Positions 1 to 10,074 of a stretch of DNA of 64,000 nt are shown piece after piece (within the stretch, counting starts at the first letter, position 1; every line of letters begins with the position of its first letter). The DNA lies in NCBI GenBank assembly GCA_965223345.1, contig CBDCWG010000012.1, positions 3,136,001 through 3,200,000 on the forward strand, given 5' to 3'. The position numbers were made by a program, and so were the translations under genes. The notes beneath the pieces were generated by a model that was given only the letters and a program-made list of their open reading frames with translations, made no database searches and had not been told where the DNA came from. Source of the stretch: Nitrospinales bacterium (lineage in GTDB: Bacteria > Nitrospinota > Nitrospinia > Nitrospinales > VA-1).

Positions 1-575
1 TCCGAGACCGGTTTCAGATCCACGGTGATGATTTTTGCCAGCTGGCTTTTATTGCTCTCCACCACCAGCCGCGACAAACGCAAAAAGCCCGCCACGGTTC
101 CGTCCACTTTCAGGACACAGATTGAATGATTGACCGGTTTGGCGGATTTTCGCAGCAGATTGCGCGCATCGCCGACCGTCCCGCCCTCGGTGAGTGTGGG
201 GCAGTCCGAATCCATCCAGGCTCCGACGGAATCCTGGGGATAGCTCAACCGTTTTTTGAACAGCGTTTTTCGATCCCCCTGCAGGTTTTTGAGCATCGGC
301 TTGACATAGGAATAGGGAAAAAGCCGCAACAGGGACACACCGGTCACGATGCGGACTTTCTGAAGCAGTTCCAGCGTCGTCTCGGATTTTGCGATCAGGA
401 GGCATTGGGCTGCATACACAGGAGACATTTGCTCCAGCACCCGGGCGCCGTTTTCGACGGGAACTTCTTCCAGAAAAACAGCGGTTTCCTCTGCAGACAA
501 TCCCTGCAGCGCTTTGGCGGCTTCCCCCGGATGGGCTTTCAGATATTCGAGCGTGAATTCCAGCGATTCATCCAC
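1..575 (-). CDS. MgtE intracellular N-domain / CBS-domain protein (runs off window start)
   Basis: Not in ORF track. Hand translation from GTG at 575: VDESLEFTLEYLKAHPGEAAKALQGL...LSYPQDSVGAWMDSD..TVGDARNLLR, which matches the MgtE_N helical region plus the 'Y..dsvG..M' CBS entry. Starts 4 nt after the mscS stop. Confidence 0.75.
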   Translation of the reverse strand, partial: MDESLEFTLEYLKAHPGEAAKALQGLSAEETAVFLEEVPVENGARVLEQMSPVYAAQCLLIAKSETTLELLQKVRIVTGVSLLRLFPYSYVKPMLKNLQGDRKTLFKKRLSYPQDSVGAWMDSDCPTLTEGGTVGDARNLLRKSAKPVNHSICVLKVDGTVAGFLRLSRLVVESNKSQLAKIITVDLKPVS

Positions 576-578
576 AGA

Positions 579-1397
579 TCAGTTCTCGACGATGAGAATG
601 GAAGATTCGGATTGAAATACTTTGGCAGGCACCAGCACGCGGCCGTCGTCCGTGGACAGGATGACCGCGACCGGCGTCAGCTCCAGAATGGTCCCCTCCA
701 TGCTTCCAAGCCGCACCCGCTGTCCCGGCTGGTAATACTGCTTGAGATAATGCCCGCCGATGAGATTGTTGACCAGATCCTGCGTTCCGAGCCCGAGCCC
801 CAGGGCCAGACTGCCGACGGCCGCCGCCACCAGAATCGCGAGCAGCGTCACCAGGAATTCCACTTCCACGCCGATCTGATCCAGACCCATAATAGCGGCG
901 ATGATCAGGATGGTCCCCTGGATCAATCCGCCCAGGATGCGCGAATAGCCCAGATCGGCGGCGGCGCTGGCTGAAATCGTGAGGTCCCTTGCCAGCGTGC
1001 TGAGCAGGATGCCCACGACAATGATCAAAGTGCCGGCCACAAGCGATGGGAAAAACTCCACCAGATGGTCCAGCCAGATGGAAAACGCCGTCAGGCCGAA
1101 AATCTGTGTCGCCGCGGTCACAAAAAACAGCAGCGTGATCCAGAAAACCACCTGGCTCAACAATTTGATGAAAACCTGCGGAAACCGGAATCCCGCTTTG
1201 GGAAAGGCGCGGATCAGGAACTTGTTGACGATGGTCGCCAGCCGGACGCTCAGCTTTTTGAAACCGAGCGCCACCAGCCAGCCGAATATCAACAGCAAAG
1301 CGGCGCCGATGAGATTGGGTGAAAATTCGATGATGCGGTTCACCCATGTGGAGAATATCTGGGGGAGTTCTATCAGGCTGTTTGCGAGATCATTCAT
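579..1397 (-). CDS. Small-conductance mechanosensitive channel family protein (CmpX/MscS-like)
   Basis: Multiple TM helices; 'LALGLGLGTQDLVNNLIGG...YQPGQRVRLGSMEGTI' MscS signature. Confidence 0.85.
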   Translation of the reverse strand: MNDLANSLIELPQIFSTWVNRIIEFSPNLIGAALLLIFGWLVALGFKKLSVRLATIVNKFLIRAFPKAGFRFPQVFIKLLSQVVFWITLLFFVTAATQIFGLTAFSIWLDHLVEFFPSLVAGTLIIVVGILLSTLARDLTISASAAADLGYSRILGGLIQGTILIIAAIMGLDQIGVEVEFLVTLLAILVAAAVGSLALGLGLGTQDLVNNLIGGHYLKQYYQPGQRVRLGSMEGTILELTPVAVILSTDDGRVLVPAKVFQSESSILIVEN

Positions 1398-1497
1398 GAG
1401 AAGGCACCGATTCGAATAGAGCCCCGCAATCGAGGGCCGGGAGCAAATGGAAGAAACCCGAAACGGAAAGGCGACACATCCCGGAGCGCTCCGGGAA

Positions 1498-3690
1498 TCA
1501 GGACTGAAAATCCTTGGAGGTCTTGAATATCAGGTAAGCCAAAAGAACGCTCCGGTCGATCAGACTGTCGCGCACGACAAATTCATTCTGCGTCCCGAAC
1601 CCGCCGGTGACGGGGCCGAATCCGTCGATTGCGGGAATGCCCTTGGGAACGTGAGCCAGGATGGTGGAAATGCCATCGGATGTTTTCTTCACGCGCACCT
1701 CAACCGATTTTGCGATTTTTTCCACTTTTTCATAAAAAGCCAGGGAATTCTCGTTTTCCAGGAAGGGCTTGCGGTGCTGCGGTTTGCTGATATGGGTCCG
1801 GACGGATGTGTTGCTTCCGGGGTCGAACGTTTTTGCCACCTGCCCTTCCAGTTTCTTTTGATCGTCCGGATTGCGGTATCGAATCAGAAAAGACACGGTC
1901 ACATGATGGGACGGATGGTTTTTGATGCCCTTGCTCAACACCTCCGTGACGGTGACGTAGATTCCTTCCTGCTCGGAATGCAGTTTCTTGAGGTTGTTGA
2001 TCTTTTGTGCCGCGAACAGAATGGGATCGCCAGGATCCATCGTGGATTTGCTCTTGGCCTGCACCTGCCGGCGCAGGATTTCCACCTCATAGAGCATGGT
2101 GCCGTAACAGGAGGTCATCACTTCGCCCGACAGTCCCGCACCGCTCAATCCCACCACATACTTCGACTGCTTTGAATATTCCTGGATCAGGGAATTGGAA
2201 GTCCGGCCTCCACGGGATTCATCGCTGACGAGCAGAATGCCGCATTTGATTTTTTTGAGAGACCGGGTGTGGCGCAAAGCCTGAAGCGCACCGAGCATCA
2301 CGGCCAGGCCGCCTTTGCCCAGAGAAACGCCGGTTCCGTACAACCGGCCCCGCTCTATCTGGAAAGGATTGAAGTCCTCGTAGTCCACCGAGTTATCCAG
2401 ATTTCCGATGATGAGGATATCATTATGGTCCTCCATGTGGTTTGAAAAATAGAGGATGTTCCCCACTTCCGCACGGGCCTGCACCTGCCGGTTGAACTGC
2501 ATGGGTGCGAGTTTGTTGGCGAGCCACCGGCCGAGGGAATTGACCCCTTCGATGTTATCGACGAAGGAATTGATGTCCACCATGTTGGACAGAGAATCCT
2601 CGATCGTGGTCTGGTTGCCGCGCAGAAAACTCCTCAACCTTATCTTCAAAGGATCTTTCTTGGCCTTGGATTCCGACTCCCCGACCGCCACCTGATCGAT
2701 CTGCTGCTGACCGAAATACCGCTCCACCGCGACGTCGAGCATCCGGTTGATCATGGATTCGTAGCTGTAACCGCCGACTTTGGCCGCGTGCACGTAGGAG
2801 CCTGTGATTCCCAGGCTGGCCATCGAATTGAGTTCCAGGATGTAGAGGTTGTCGTCCTTGTCCATCCGGAAGTCCACGCGGCAGAAATCGTAGATCCCCA
2901 GCACGCGGAAGGTCTCCCGCGTCAGCCGGCCCAATTCTTTTGCCAGCGCGTCGCTGACGTTCGCCGGGCAGACTTTCTCCTTGGGTTTTTTCAGTTTGTC
3001 TTCCAGGCTCTGAATGGCGAAGGGATCGCCGCCCAGGTCGATTTCCAGGATCGGCAGAATCTCCGGATCGTTGTTTCCCAGAAGGCCGATGGCAAACTCC
3101 CGCCCCGGTATGAACTGCTCCACCAGGATCGGCTGCTTGAACTGTTCCACCAGATCCGCGATGGCTGTCTTGAGCGTCGGAAGATCGTGGATGATCTGGA
3201 TTCCCAGCGACACCGCTTCCATTTTGGGTTTGGTGATGAGGGGAAAAGGCAGATCGTCCGGTATCTGGTCGGCGCTGTAAAACACCCAGTAGGGCGCGGT
3301 GGGAAGCCCCGCCGCTTCCACCATGACTTTGGTGGTCACCTTGTCCAGCGCGATTCCGTGGCCCGCCGGGCTGGAGCCCACATAGGGAACGCCCAGCATC
3401 TCGAGCAGGGAGGGGATGTGCGTGTACCGGCTCACCCCCTGAATGCCGTAGGCCATGTTGAACACCATGCCGGGGGTTTCCCCCTGGATGACGCGCGGCA
3501 TGAATTCGGTGAGCTGTTCGATCACATTGATGTTGCCGTCGATGATGCGGACGTTGTGCCCGCCCTGCTCCAGGGCGGAAGCCACCCGCTCCACGGTCTT
3601 GGGATTGTAGGTTTCCTGGTTCTGCATCCCGAAGACATTGATAACGCCTTCGGCATCTTCTTTTTTATTGTAAATAACGGCCACTTTCAT
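1498..3690 (-). CDS. D-Ala-D-Ala-ligase-like ATP-grasp domain fused to a C-terminal M20 (glutamate carboxypeptidase-like) domain
   Basis: N-half: LEMLGVPYVGS, LDK, KP..E..S.GI, EQFIPGREF, RVDFR, LELN. C-half: M20 fold motifs (GRLYGTG..KGG, AIDGFGPV) with the metal ligands substituted. Confidence 0.85.
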   Translation of the reverse strand: MKVAVIYNKKEDAEGVINVFGMQNQETYNPKTVERVASALEQGGHNVRIIDGNINVIEQLTEFMPRVIQGETPGMVFNMAYGIQGVSRYTHIPSLLEMLGVPYVGSSPAGHGIALDKVTTKVMVEAAGLPTAPYWVFYSADQIPDDLPFPLITKPKMEAVSLGIQIIHDLPTLKTAIADLVEQFKQPILVEQFIPGREFAIGLLGNNDPEILPILEIDLGGDPFAIQSLEDKLKKPKEKVCPANVSDALAKELGRLTRETFRVLGIYDFCRVDFRMDKDDNLYILELNSMASLGITGSYVHAAKVGGYSYESMINRMLDVAVERYFGQQQIDQVAVGESESKAKKDPLKIRLRSFLRGNQTTIEDSLSNMVDINSFVDNIEGVNSLGRWLANKLAPMQFNRQVQARAEVGNILYFSNHMEDHNDILIIGNLDNSVDYEDFNPFQIERGRLYGTGVSLGKGGLAVMLGALQALRHTRSLKKIKCGILLVSDESRGGRTSNSLIQEYSKQSKYVVGLSGAGLSGEVMTSCYGTMLYEVEILRRQVQAKSKSTMDPGDPILFAAQKINNLKKLHSEQEGIYVTVTEVLSKGIKNHPSHHVTVSFLIRYRNPDDQKKLEGQVAKTFDPGSNTSVRTHISKPQHRKPFLENENSLAFYEKVEKIAKSVEVRVKKTSDGISTILAHVPKGIPAIDGFGPVTGGFGTQNEFVVRDSLIDRSVLLAYLIFKTSKDFQS

Positions 3691-3846
3691 AAATCACCAG
3701 ATACTGTCTTCAAAACGGGTTGAGAATCGAGATCAAAAAACAAGATGCCGTGAACGTCCGCAACGGGCGCTCGATCCAGCCGAAAAATTCTAACATATCG
3801 CCGTTGGGCTGGGAAACCGGTTTGATAAAGCGATTCATACTCCTCA

Positions 3847-5598
3847 TCAATAGCCCAGAGTCAGCGCCCCCGGCCGTCGCGGGTCGGACGCGCCGAAAAA
3901 CTGGCCGTTTTCCCGAAGCACCGACTGGGTGGAACCCATGGCGCTTTTGGCAACGGTTGCGTGCCCCATTTTTTCAAGTAGGCGCACGGTATCCGGGTTC
4001 AACCCCCGCTCGATGCGCAGTTGATCCGGCCGCCACTGGTGATGAATGCGGGGCGCATTGGTCGCTTCGGCGATGTTCATGCCGTGATCGATCACGTTGA
4101 GGATGACCTGCAGGATCGCATTGATCAGACGCGGCCCGCCGGGGCTGCCGGTGGCGAGAAACGGCTTGCCGGCCTTCAGCACGATCATCGGCGCCATGGA
4201 GCTCAAGGGGCGCTTGGTGGGCTGGATCGCATTCGCCTGCCCGCCCAGCAGGCCGTAGGCGTTGGGAACGCCCGGCTTGGCGGCAAAATTGTCCATCTCG
4301 TTGTTCAACAGAATGCCCGTGCCCCTGGGCACCAGGCCCGAGCCGAAGCTGAAGTTGAGCGTGGTGGTGTTGCTGACCACGTTGCCGAACCGGTCCATGA
4401 TGGAAAAATGGGTCGTTTCATTGCTTTCATACGGGCTCGGCGTTTCCGGACGAATCTCTTTGGATGGTTTTGCCTTTTCTGGATGAATCTGGCCCCGCAG
4501 TCGCTGCGCGTAGTTTTTCGAGGTGAGCCCGCGGATGGGAATGTGCCACCAGTCCGGATCGCCCAGATACTTGCTGCGGTCCGCGAACGCCAGTTTCATG
4601 GATTCCGCCATCAGGTGCAGGGCCTGCGCGCTGTTGGCGCCCATCTCTTTCAAGTCGTAGGCTTCCAGAATATTGAGCATCTGGACGATGTGCGTGCCCC
4701 CCGAGCTGGGCGGCGGCATGCCGACGATCTCATAACCCCGGTAGGTGCCGCGTACCGGCTCGCGCACCGCCACGGTGTAATTTTTCATGTCCTCCCGCGT
4801 GATCAGCCCGCCATGCTCTTTCATGGCGGCGAGGATCTTCTCGGCGATCGCGCCTTCGTAAAACGCACGCGGCCCGTTCTCGGCGATCTGCCGGAGAGAC
4901 CAGGCCAGATCCTTGAAAAAGATCCGTTCGCCCACCTGATACACCGATCCGTCGGGCTTGAAATAGATCCGTTTGGTTTCCGGCCATCGTTGCAGCCGCT
5001 CCTTGCCCTTTGTCAACGTGAACACCTGATCCTTGTTGACGATGATGCCTTCCTCCGCGAGCCTGATGGCGGGAGCGATCACGGTCTTGAGAGGCAGCGT
5101 CCCGTACCGGTCCAGAACATACGCCATCCCGGCCACCGAACCGGGCACGCCGACCGACTGAAAGCTCGACTGCGCCAGTTCCTCATCCACATCGCCTTCA
5201 TCGTCCAGGTACATGTCGAACGAAGCCTCGAGCGGGGCTTTCTCGCGGTAATCGATCGCCACGGTTTTTCCGCTCTCACCTTCATGCACCAGCATGAATC
5301 CGCCGCCGCCGATGTTGCCGGCGCGCGGCAGCGTGACCGCAAGCGCAAAGGACACCGCCACCGCCGCATCGATCGCGTTGCCCCCCTCTTCAAGAATTCT
5401 GAGGCCGATGCGCGTGGCGGTCGCTTCCTGGCTCGCCACCATGCCGTTGCGGCCGACGACGGGATGGAACACGTCCATCTGCGAATAGATGCCGCCCTGC
5501 TGGGCCCAAACCGGGGGCTGCAATGCAATAAACAGCATGTTGAGCGTGAGAAAGCCCGCGAAAATCGTTTTCAAACAAACCATGAGTTTGTGTTCCAT
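3847..5598 (-). CDS. ggt: Gamma-glutamyltransferase (secreted)
   Basis: Signal peptide; GGNAIDAAVA, IGGGGF, IDYRE, ETTHFS (catalytic Thr), LNNEMDNF, RPLSSM, GSPGG. Confidence 0.97.
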   Translation of the reverse strand: MEHKLMVCLKTIFAGFLTLNMLFIALQPPVWAQQGGIYSQMDVFHPVVGRNGMVASQEATATRIGLRILEEGGNAIDAAVAVSFALAVTLPRAGNIGGGGFMLVHEGESGKTVAIDYREKAPLEASFDMYLDDEGDVDEELAQSSFQSVGVPGSVAGMAYVLDRYGTLPLKTVIAPAIRLAEEGIIVNKDQVFTLTKGKERLQRWPETKRIYFKPDGSVYQVGERIFFKDLAWSLRQIAENGPRAFYEGAIAEKILAAMKEHGGLITREDMKNYTVAVREPVRGTYRGYEIVGMPPPSSGGTHIVQMLNILEAYDLKEMGANSAQALHLMAESMKLAFADRSKYLGDPDWWHIPIRGLTSKNYAQRLRGQIHPEKAKPSKEIRPETPSPYESNETTHFSIMDRFGNVVSNTTTLNFSFGSGLVPRGTGILLNNEMDNFAAKPGVPNAYGLLGGQANAIQPTKRPLSSMAPMIVLKAGKPFLATGSPGGPRLINAILQVILNVIDHGMNIAEATNAPRIHHQWRPDQLRIERGLNPDTVRLLEKMGHATVAKSAMGSTQSVLRENGQFFGASDPRRPGALTLGY

Positions 5599-5611
5599 TC
5601 AATTCAGAGTT

Positions 5612-5821
5612 TCAGAATCGTCTGCGCTGGGTTCTTCTGTAAAAACTGGATAAAAACCAGCCGATTAAAATGCCCACCGTCAATACCAGGATGATCATCA
5701 GCGCACGGGATATCGCCAATTCCCAGAACAGAAATTTGATCGCGACGATCTCCACATTCTGGATCGTGAAAACCACCACGATGATGAGCAGCGTTAACCC
5801 AAGAGACAGTTTGAAACTCAT
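5612..5821 (-). CDS. LapA/DUF1049 family small membrane protein
   Basis: Two TM segments with 'F.IQN...V.I.FLFW'; AGGAG RBS before ATG 5821. Confidence 0.8.
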   Translation of the reverse strand: MSFKLSLGLTLLIIVVVFTIQNVEIVAIKFLFWELAISRALMIILVLTVGILIGWFLSSFYRRTQRRRF

Positions 5822-6208
5822 GAGAACTCCTGGCTTTCTCAAAATTCAAATTATAACATTTAGGAAAGTTCACTCCTTTTTTTCTTCTAAGCCTGTGGGA
5901 ATAATTGCAGGGTGACTTGCTGCGTTTCAAGGCACAAACTTTTGATTTATGAGTCAAAATGGACAAGCAGGATTCGCAGCCGCATGACATTTCCATATAC
6001 TATTTTTGTGTTATTTTTCTCCCATTCCTCTAAAATGATTTCGTTTCAGAATCGGCTTCTCCATGCATCTGTTTTAAATGCCGCCGGTTTGATTCAGCAT
6101 GGATTTCTTACTTTCAATAAGAGAATCCCGCTGCTGGACTGTATGGCGCAGGGTGAATTTTTATAACTCTAAATCGTTTCAGGCTGGTTTCACCCGGCCT
6201 GCCGAATC

Positions 6209-6694
6209 TTGAAAAAAAGCAAACGCTTACAAAAAAAGAAGGAACCGCTCCCCGTCATCGGCTGGAGGGAATGGGTCTCTTTTCCGGATCTGGGAATAAA
6301 ATCGATCAAGGCGAAGGTCGATACCGGTGCGCGCACCTCTTCCCTTCATATTTCCGAATCCCAGTTGAACCGGAAATCCAGGAAGCTCCAGTTTCTGGTT
6401 CACCCCAAACAGAGGAGCAACACCCCGGAAATTCAGGCTTCCGCGCGGGTCAAGGAGCACCGGTCGGTCAAGAGCTCCAATGGAGAAACCAGCCTGCGGC
6501 CGGTGATCGACACCACTTTAATGATCGGGGACCAGCAGCACACCATCGAGTTGACCCTGGTCAATCGAGACATGATGGGATTTCGCTTGTTGCTGGGCCG
6601 GGAAGCCACCCGGCGAAAATACCTCGTTGACCCCGGAAAATCTTACCTCAAATCCAAGAATCCGAGCGCAAAAAAACGGAGCACGAAAAAATGA
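6209..6694 (+). CDS. RimK-associated retropepsin-like aspartic protease (RimB / 'ATP-dependent zinc protease' family)
   Basis: [25 protein letters not shown] motifs; stop overlaps rimK start (ATGA). Confidence 0.92.
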   Translation: MKKSKRLQKKKEPLPVIGWREWVSFPDLGIKSIKAKVDTGARTSSLHISESQLNRKSRKLQFLVHPKQRSNTPEIQASARVKEHRSVKSSNGETSLRPVIDTTLMIGDQQHTIELTLVNRDMMGFRLLLGREATRRKYLVDPGKSYLKSKNPSAKKRSTKK

Positions 6695-7596
6695 ATATCG
6701 TCATTTTATCCCGCGGTCCCAATCTTTTCTCGACGAAGCGGCTGGTGGAAGCGGCCAAGAACCGGGATCATGAAGTGGAGGTGATCAATCCGCTCAAATG
6801 CTATATGAATATCACCTCACACAAACCCACGGTTCATTATATGGACCGGGTGCTCAACAAAGTGGATGCGGTCATTCCCCGCATCGGCGCTTCCATCACT
6901 TTTTTCGGAACCGCCGTCGTGCGTCAGTTCGAAATGGGCGGCACCTATTCCCTGAACGAATCGGTGGCCATCTCGCGTTCGCGCGACAAATTGAGGTCCC
7001 TGCAGATTCTGGCGCGCAAAGGGATCGGACTGCCCATTTCCGGCTTCGCCCACTCAACGCAAAGGACGGATGAGTTGATCGAGCTTTGCAACGGCGCACC
7101 ATTGGTCGTCAAACTTCTCGAAGGAACGCAGGGCAAAGGCGTGGTGCTGGCGGAAACCCACAAGGCGGCGGAGAGCGTGATCGGCGCCTTTCAAAGTTTG
7201 AAGGCCAACTTCATGGTGCAGGAATTCATCAAAGAGGCGGGCGGCGCGGATATCCGCTGCCTGGTGGTGGGGGAAAAAGTGGTCGCTTCCATGAAGCGGC
7301 AGGGAAAGGAAGGCGAGTTCCGTTCCAACCTGCACCGTGGAGGCAGCGCGCATGCCATCAAAATCACGCCCGAAGAGCGGAGCACCGCGGTCCGCTCCGC
7401 CAAGACGCTGGGTTTGAACGTGGCCGGTGTGGATCTTCTGCGGTCCAACCACGGACCGGTGATCATGGAAGTCAATTCTTCCCCCGGCCTCGAAGGCATT
7501 GAAAATGCCACCGGAGTGGACGTGGCCGGCAAGATCATCGAGTTCATTGAAAAAGACGCCCGCCCCGGGAACACCCGGACCAGCGGAGAAGGTTGA
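6691..7596 (+). CDS. rimK: RimK family alpha-L-glutamate ligase
   Basis: [51 protein letters not shown]. Confidence 0.96.
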   Translation: MNIVILSRGPNLFSTKRLVEAAKNRDHEVEVINPLKCYMNITSHKPTVHYMDRVLNKVDAVIPRIGASITFFGTAVVRQFEMGGTYSLNESVAISRSRDKLRSLQILARKGIGLPISGFAHSTQRTDELIELCNGAPLVVKLLEGTQGKGVVLAETHKAAESVIGAFQSLKANFMVQEFIKEAGGADIRCLVVGEKVVASMKRQGKEGEFRSNLHRGGSAHAIKITPEERSTAVRSAKTLGLNVAGVDLLRSNHGPVIMEVNSSPGLEGIENATGVDVAGKIIEFIEKDARPGNTRTSGEG

Positions 7597-7599
7597 AGC

Positions 7600-8616
7600 A
7601 TGCCGGAGGATTTTTCAATCGGAGGTCAAAGCGTCGAGCCCGGGGAACGCCGGCTGATCAGTCTTTCCGTCTCCAAACTGTACGATTTCACCGAGGTCAA
7701 TCTACCGATCGAGGTGATCCGCGGAAAAAAGCCCGGGCCCATCCTGTTCATTTCATCCGCCATTCATGGAGACGAAATCAACGGCATCGAAATCATCCGC
7801 CGCCTGCTCACCTACAAACCGCTCAACAAGCTGTGCGGCACCTTGATCACCATTCCCGTTGTCAATATATTCGGATTCAACAATCTGTCGCGCTACCTGC
7901 CCGACCGCCGCGACCTCAACCGTTCCTTCCCCGGCTCGGCCAAAGGTTCCCTGGCCGCGCAGCTGGCGCATCTGTTCACGGCTGAGATTCTGAAAAAATG
8001 CACCCACGGGATCGATCTGCACACCGGCGCCATCCATCGAAGCAATTTGCCGCAGATTCGCGGTTGTGTCGATGACCGGGACACCAGCCAGCTGGCGTTT
8101 CAATTTGGAGTGCCGGTCATCATCAACGCCAATTCCAGAGACGGCTCGTTGCGCGCAGAGGCGCGCAAGAAAAACATTCCGATCCTGCTTTACGAAGGGG
8201 GCGAAGCGCTGCGCTACGACGAACAGGTGATCCGCATGGGCGTGAACGGGATCAAGTCGGTGATGCAGGCCATCGGCATGCTCCCGTCCAAATCCCTGAA
8301 AAAAAGAAAAGAAGCGTTCATATCCAGAAAAACCGTCTGGGTCCGCGCTCCGGGCTCGGGGATTTTGATGCCGAACAAACATCTGGGAGCGCGTGTGGAA
8401 GCCAAAGAAATCCTGGGCTTCATCCGCGACCCGTTCGGAAAGCATGAGGTGCCGGTTCCAGCGAGAGTCGGGGGCATCATCATCGGCAAGGCTCAGCTGC
8501 CTCTCGTCAACAAAGGCGACGCCTTATTCCACATCGCCACATTCGTCAACACCCACAAAGTCAAAAAAACCCTCGACAAACTCAATATCGCAGAAAAAAA
8601 ACAGGTGAGCGGATAG
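7600..8616 (+). CDS. Succinylglutamate desuccinylase/aspartoacylase (M14) family protein
   Basis: HGDEING, DLNRSFPG, IDLHTG, YEGGE motifs. Confidence 0.93.
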   Translation: MPEDFSIGGQSVEPGERRLISLSVSKLYDFTEVNLPIEVIRGKKPGPILFISSAIHGDEINGIEIIRRLLTYKPLNKLCGTLITIPVVNIFGFNNLSRYLPDRRDLNRSFPGSAKGSLAAQLAHLFTAEILKKCTHGIDLHTGAIHRSNLPQIRGCVDDRDTSQLAFQFGVPVIINANSRDGSLRAEARKKNIPILLYEGGEALRYDEQVIRMGVNGIKSVMQAIGMLPSKSLKKRKEAFISRKTVWVRAPGSGILMPNKHLGARVEAKEILGFIRDPFGKHEVPVPARVGGIIIGKAQLPLVNKGDALFHIATFVNTHKVKKTLDKLNIAEKKQVSG

Positions 8617-8671
8617 ACCGCTGTGGGATTTGCCCAACGGTCTTTGGGATCGACCGGGATTTCGGCGTTTC

Positions 8672-10030
8672 TCAGGAGGCGGGTTTTTTCTCGTCGTCCT
8701 TGACGAACTCGAACTCGCAGTTGGAGTAGATGAAGTTCATGGCCTTCTGGCCGAGGATCTTTGAGGTGGTCTGACTCATGGTTTCCTCGTTCGCCATCAT
8801 GCGGGCCTGAATGTCCTCGACCTTCTGCTTGGTCTGTTCGGCCAGCTTCTTGTATTCCTCATCCAGGTCCTGCTGCGTCACGTGGATGTTCTCCTGCGCG
8901 GCGATGGTTTCCAGGATCATGTAGCCTTTGCTGTTGAATTCGGCTTTCTCGCGCCATTCCTTCTCGGCGCGTTCGGGGTCGAAGCCGGAATCCTCCAGCT
9001 TCATGCCGGACTGTTCGATCTGGTATTTCATCCCCTCGATCATGAACTTGAGCTCGCGCTTGATGAGCGATTCGGGCGGGTTGGCGTCGGTTTCCTTGAC
9101 CAGCTTGTTGAAGATGGCCTCCTTGATCCCGAGCTCCTCCTGCTGTTCCTTGTGCTGCTGGATGTGGGTCTTGACGCCGCGCTTGAATGCTTCCACGTTG
9201 GGGAAGCCTTCCTTCTCGGCGATCTCATCGGACAGTTCGGGCAGCACCAGCTTTTTCACTTCCTTGATCTTGACCTGGAAGGTCGCGCGGTCCTCCTCCT
9301 GCTCTTTCGCGCCGGGCACCGGCATGCTGACCCGCCGGATCTTGCCGCCCCAGTTGGCGGGCAGCACGGCCTTGACCTCGAATTCATCGCCCAGCTTGTG
9401 GCCGATCAACTGGTCCTCGAAACCCTCGATCATCTTCTTTTCGCCGACGCGGAGCAGGTAATTCTCCGCCGAGCCGTTTTCCAAAGGCTCGCCGTCCATG
9501 AAGCCTTCGAAATCCATGCGCACAAAATCGTCCTTTTCGATCTTGTGGTCCTCGTCCTCGTAGTGCACCAGATCGCCGTAACGGCTGAGGATGCCCTTGA
9601 CGGCGGCCTCCATTTCCTCGTCCTTCACTTTGCATTCGCGCTTCTTGAACAGCATGCCCTTGTAGTCGATGAGCTCCATCTCGGGCTTGATGTGCAGGAT
9701 GACGGAAAACTTGAACGGGGCGTCCTTCTTGATGTTCTCCAGTTCGGTGTTCTCGATCTCCGGCTTGCCCGCGGGCTTGAAGCCGGTTTCATCCAGGGCC
9801 TTCTCGTAAAACTCCTGCATCATCTCCTGGAACATCTTGGTGAAGGAATGGATCGGCACCTGTTTTTCGAGGATCTTCTGCGGGATCTTGCCGGGACGGA
9901 ATCCGGGCATCTTCACCTGGCGGTTCAGCTCCTTGTAGGCGGTGTCGATGCGCTGGGCAAACACCTCCTTGGGCACCGTGATGTCGAGTTTGCGTTTCAG
10001 TTTGTCCAGTTCCTCTACCACTAACTCCAT
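8672..10030 (-). CDS. tig: Trigger factor
   Basis: MPGFRPGKIP ribosome-binding motif; FKBP domain (MIEGFEDQLIG). Confidence 0.95.
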   Translation of the reverse strand: MELVVEELDKLKRKLDITVPKEVFAQRIDTAYKELNRQVKMPGFRPGKIPQKILEKQVPIHSFTKMFQEMMQEFYEKALDETGFKPAGKPEIENTELENIKKDAPFKFSVILHIKPEMELIDYKGMLFKKRECKVKDEEMEAAVKGILSRYGDLVHYEDEDHKIEKDDFVRMDFEGFMDGEPLENGSAENYLLRVGEKKMIEGFEDQLIGHKLGDEFEVKAVLPANWGGKIRRVSMPVPGAKEQEEDRATFQVKIKEVKKLVLPELSDEIAEKEGFPNVEAFKRGVKTHIQQHKEQQEELGIKEAIFNKLVKETDANPPESLIKRELKFMIEGMKYQIEQSGMKLEDSGFDPERAEKEWREKAEFNSKGYMILETIAAQENIHVTQQDLDEEYKKLAEQTKQKVEDIQARMMANEETMSQTTSKILGQKAMNFIYSNCEFEFVKDDEKKPAS

Positions 10031-10074
10031 GATTCACCTCTAAACGTGCGTCCGGGCGCGGCGGCCCGGAAAAA

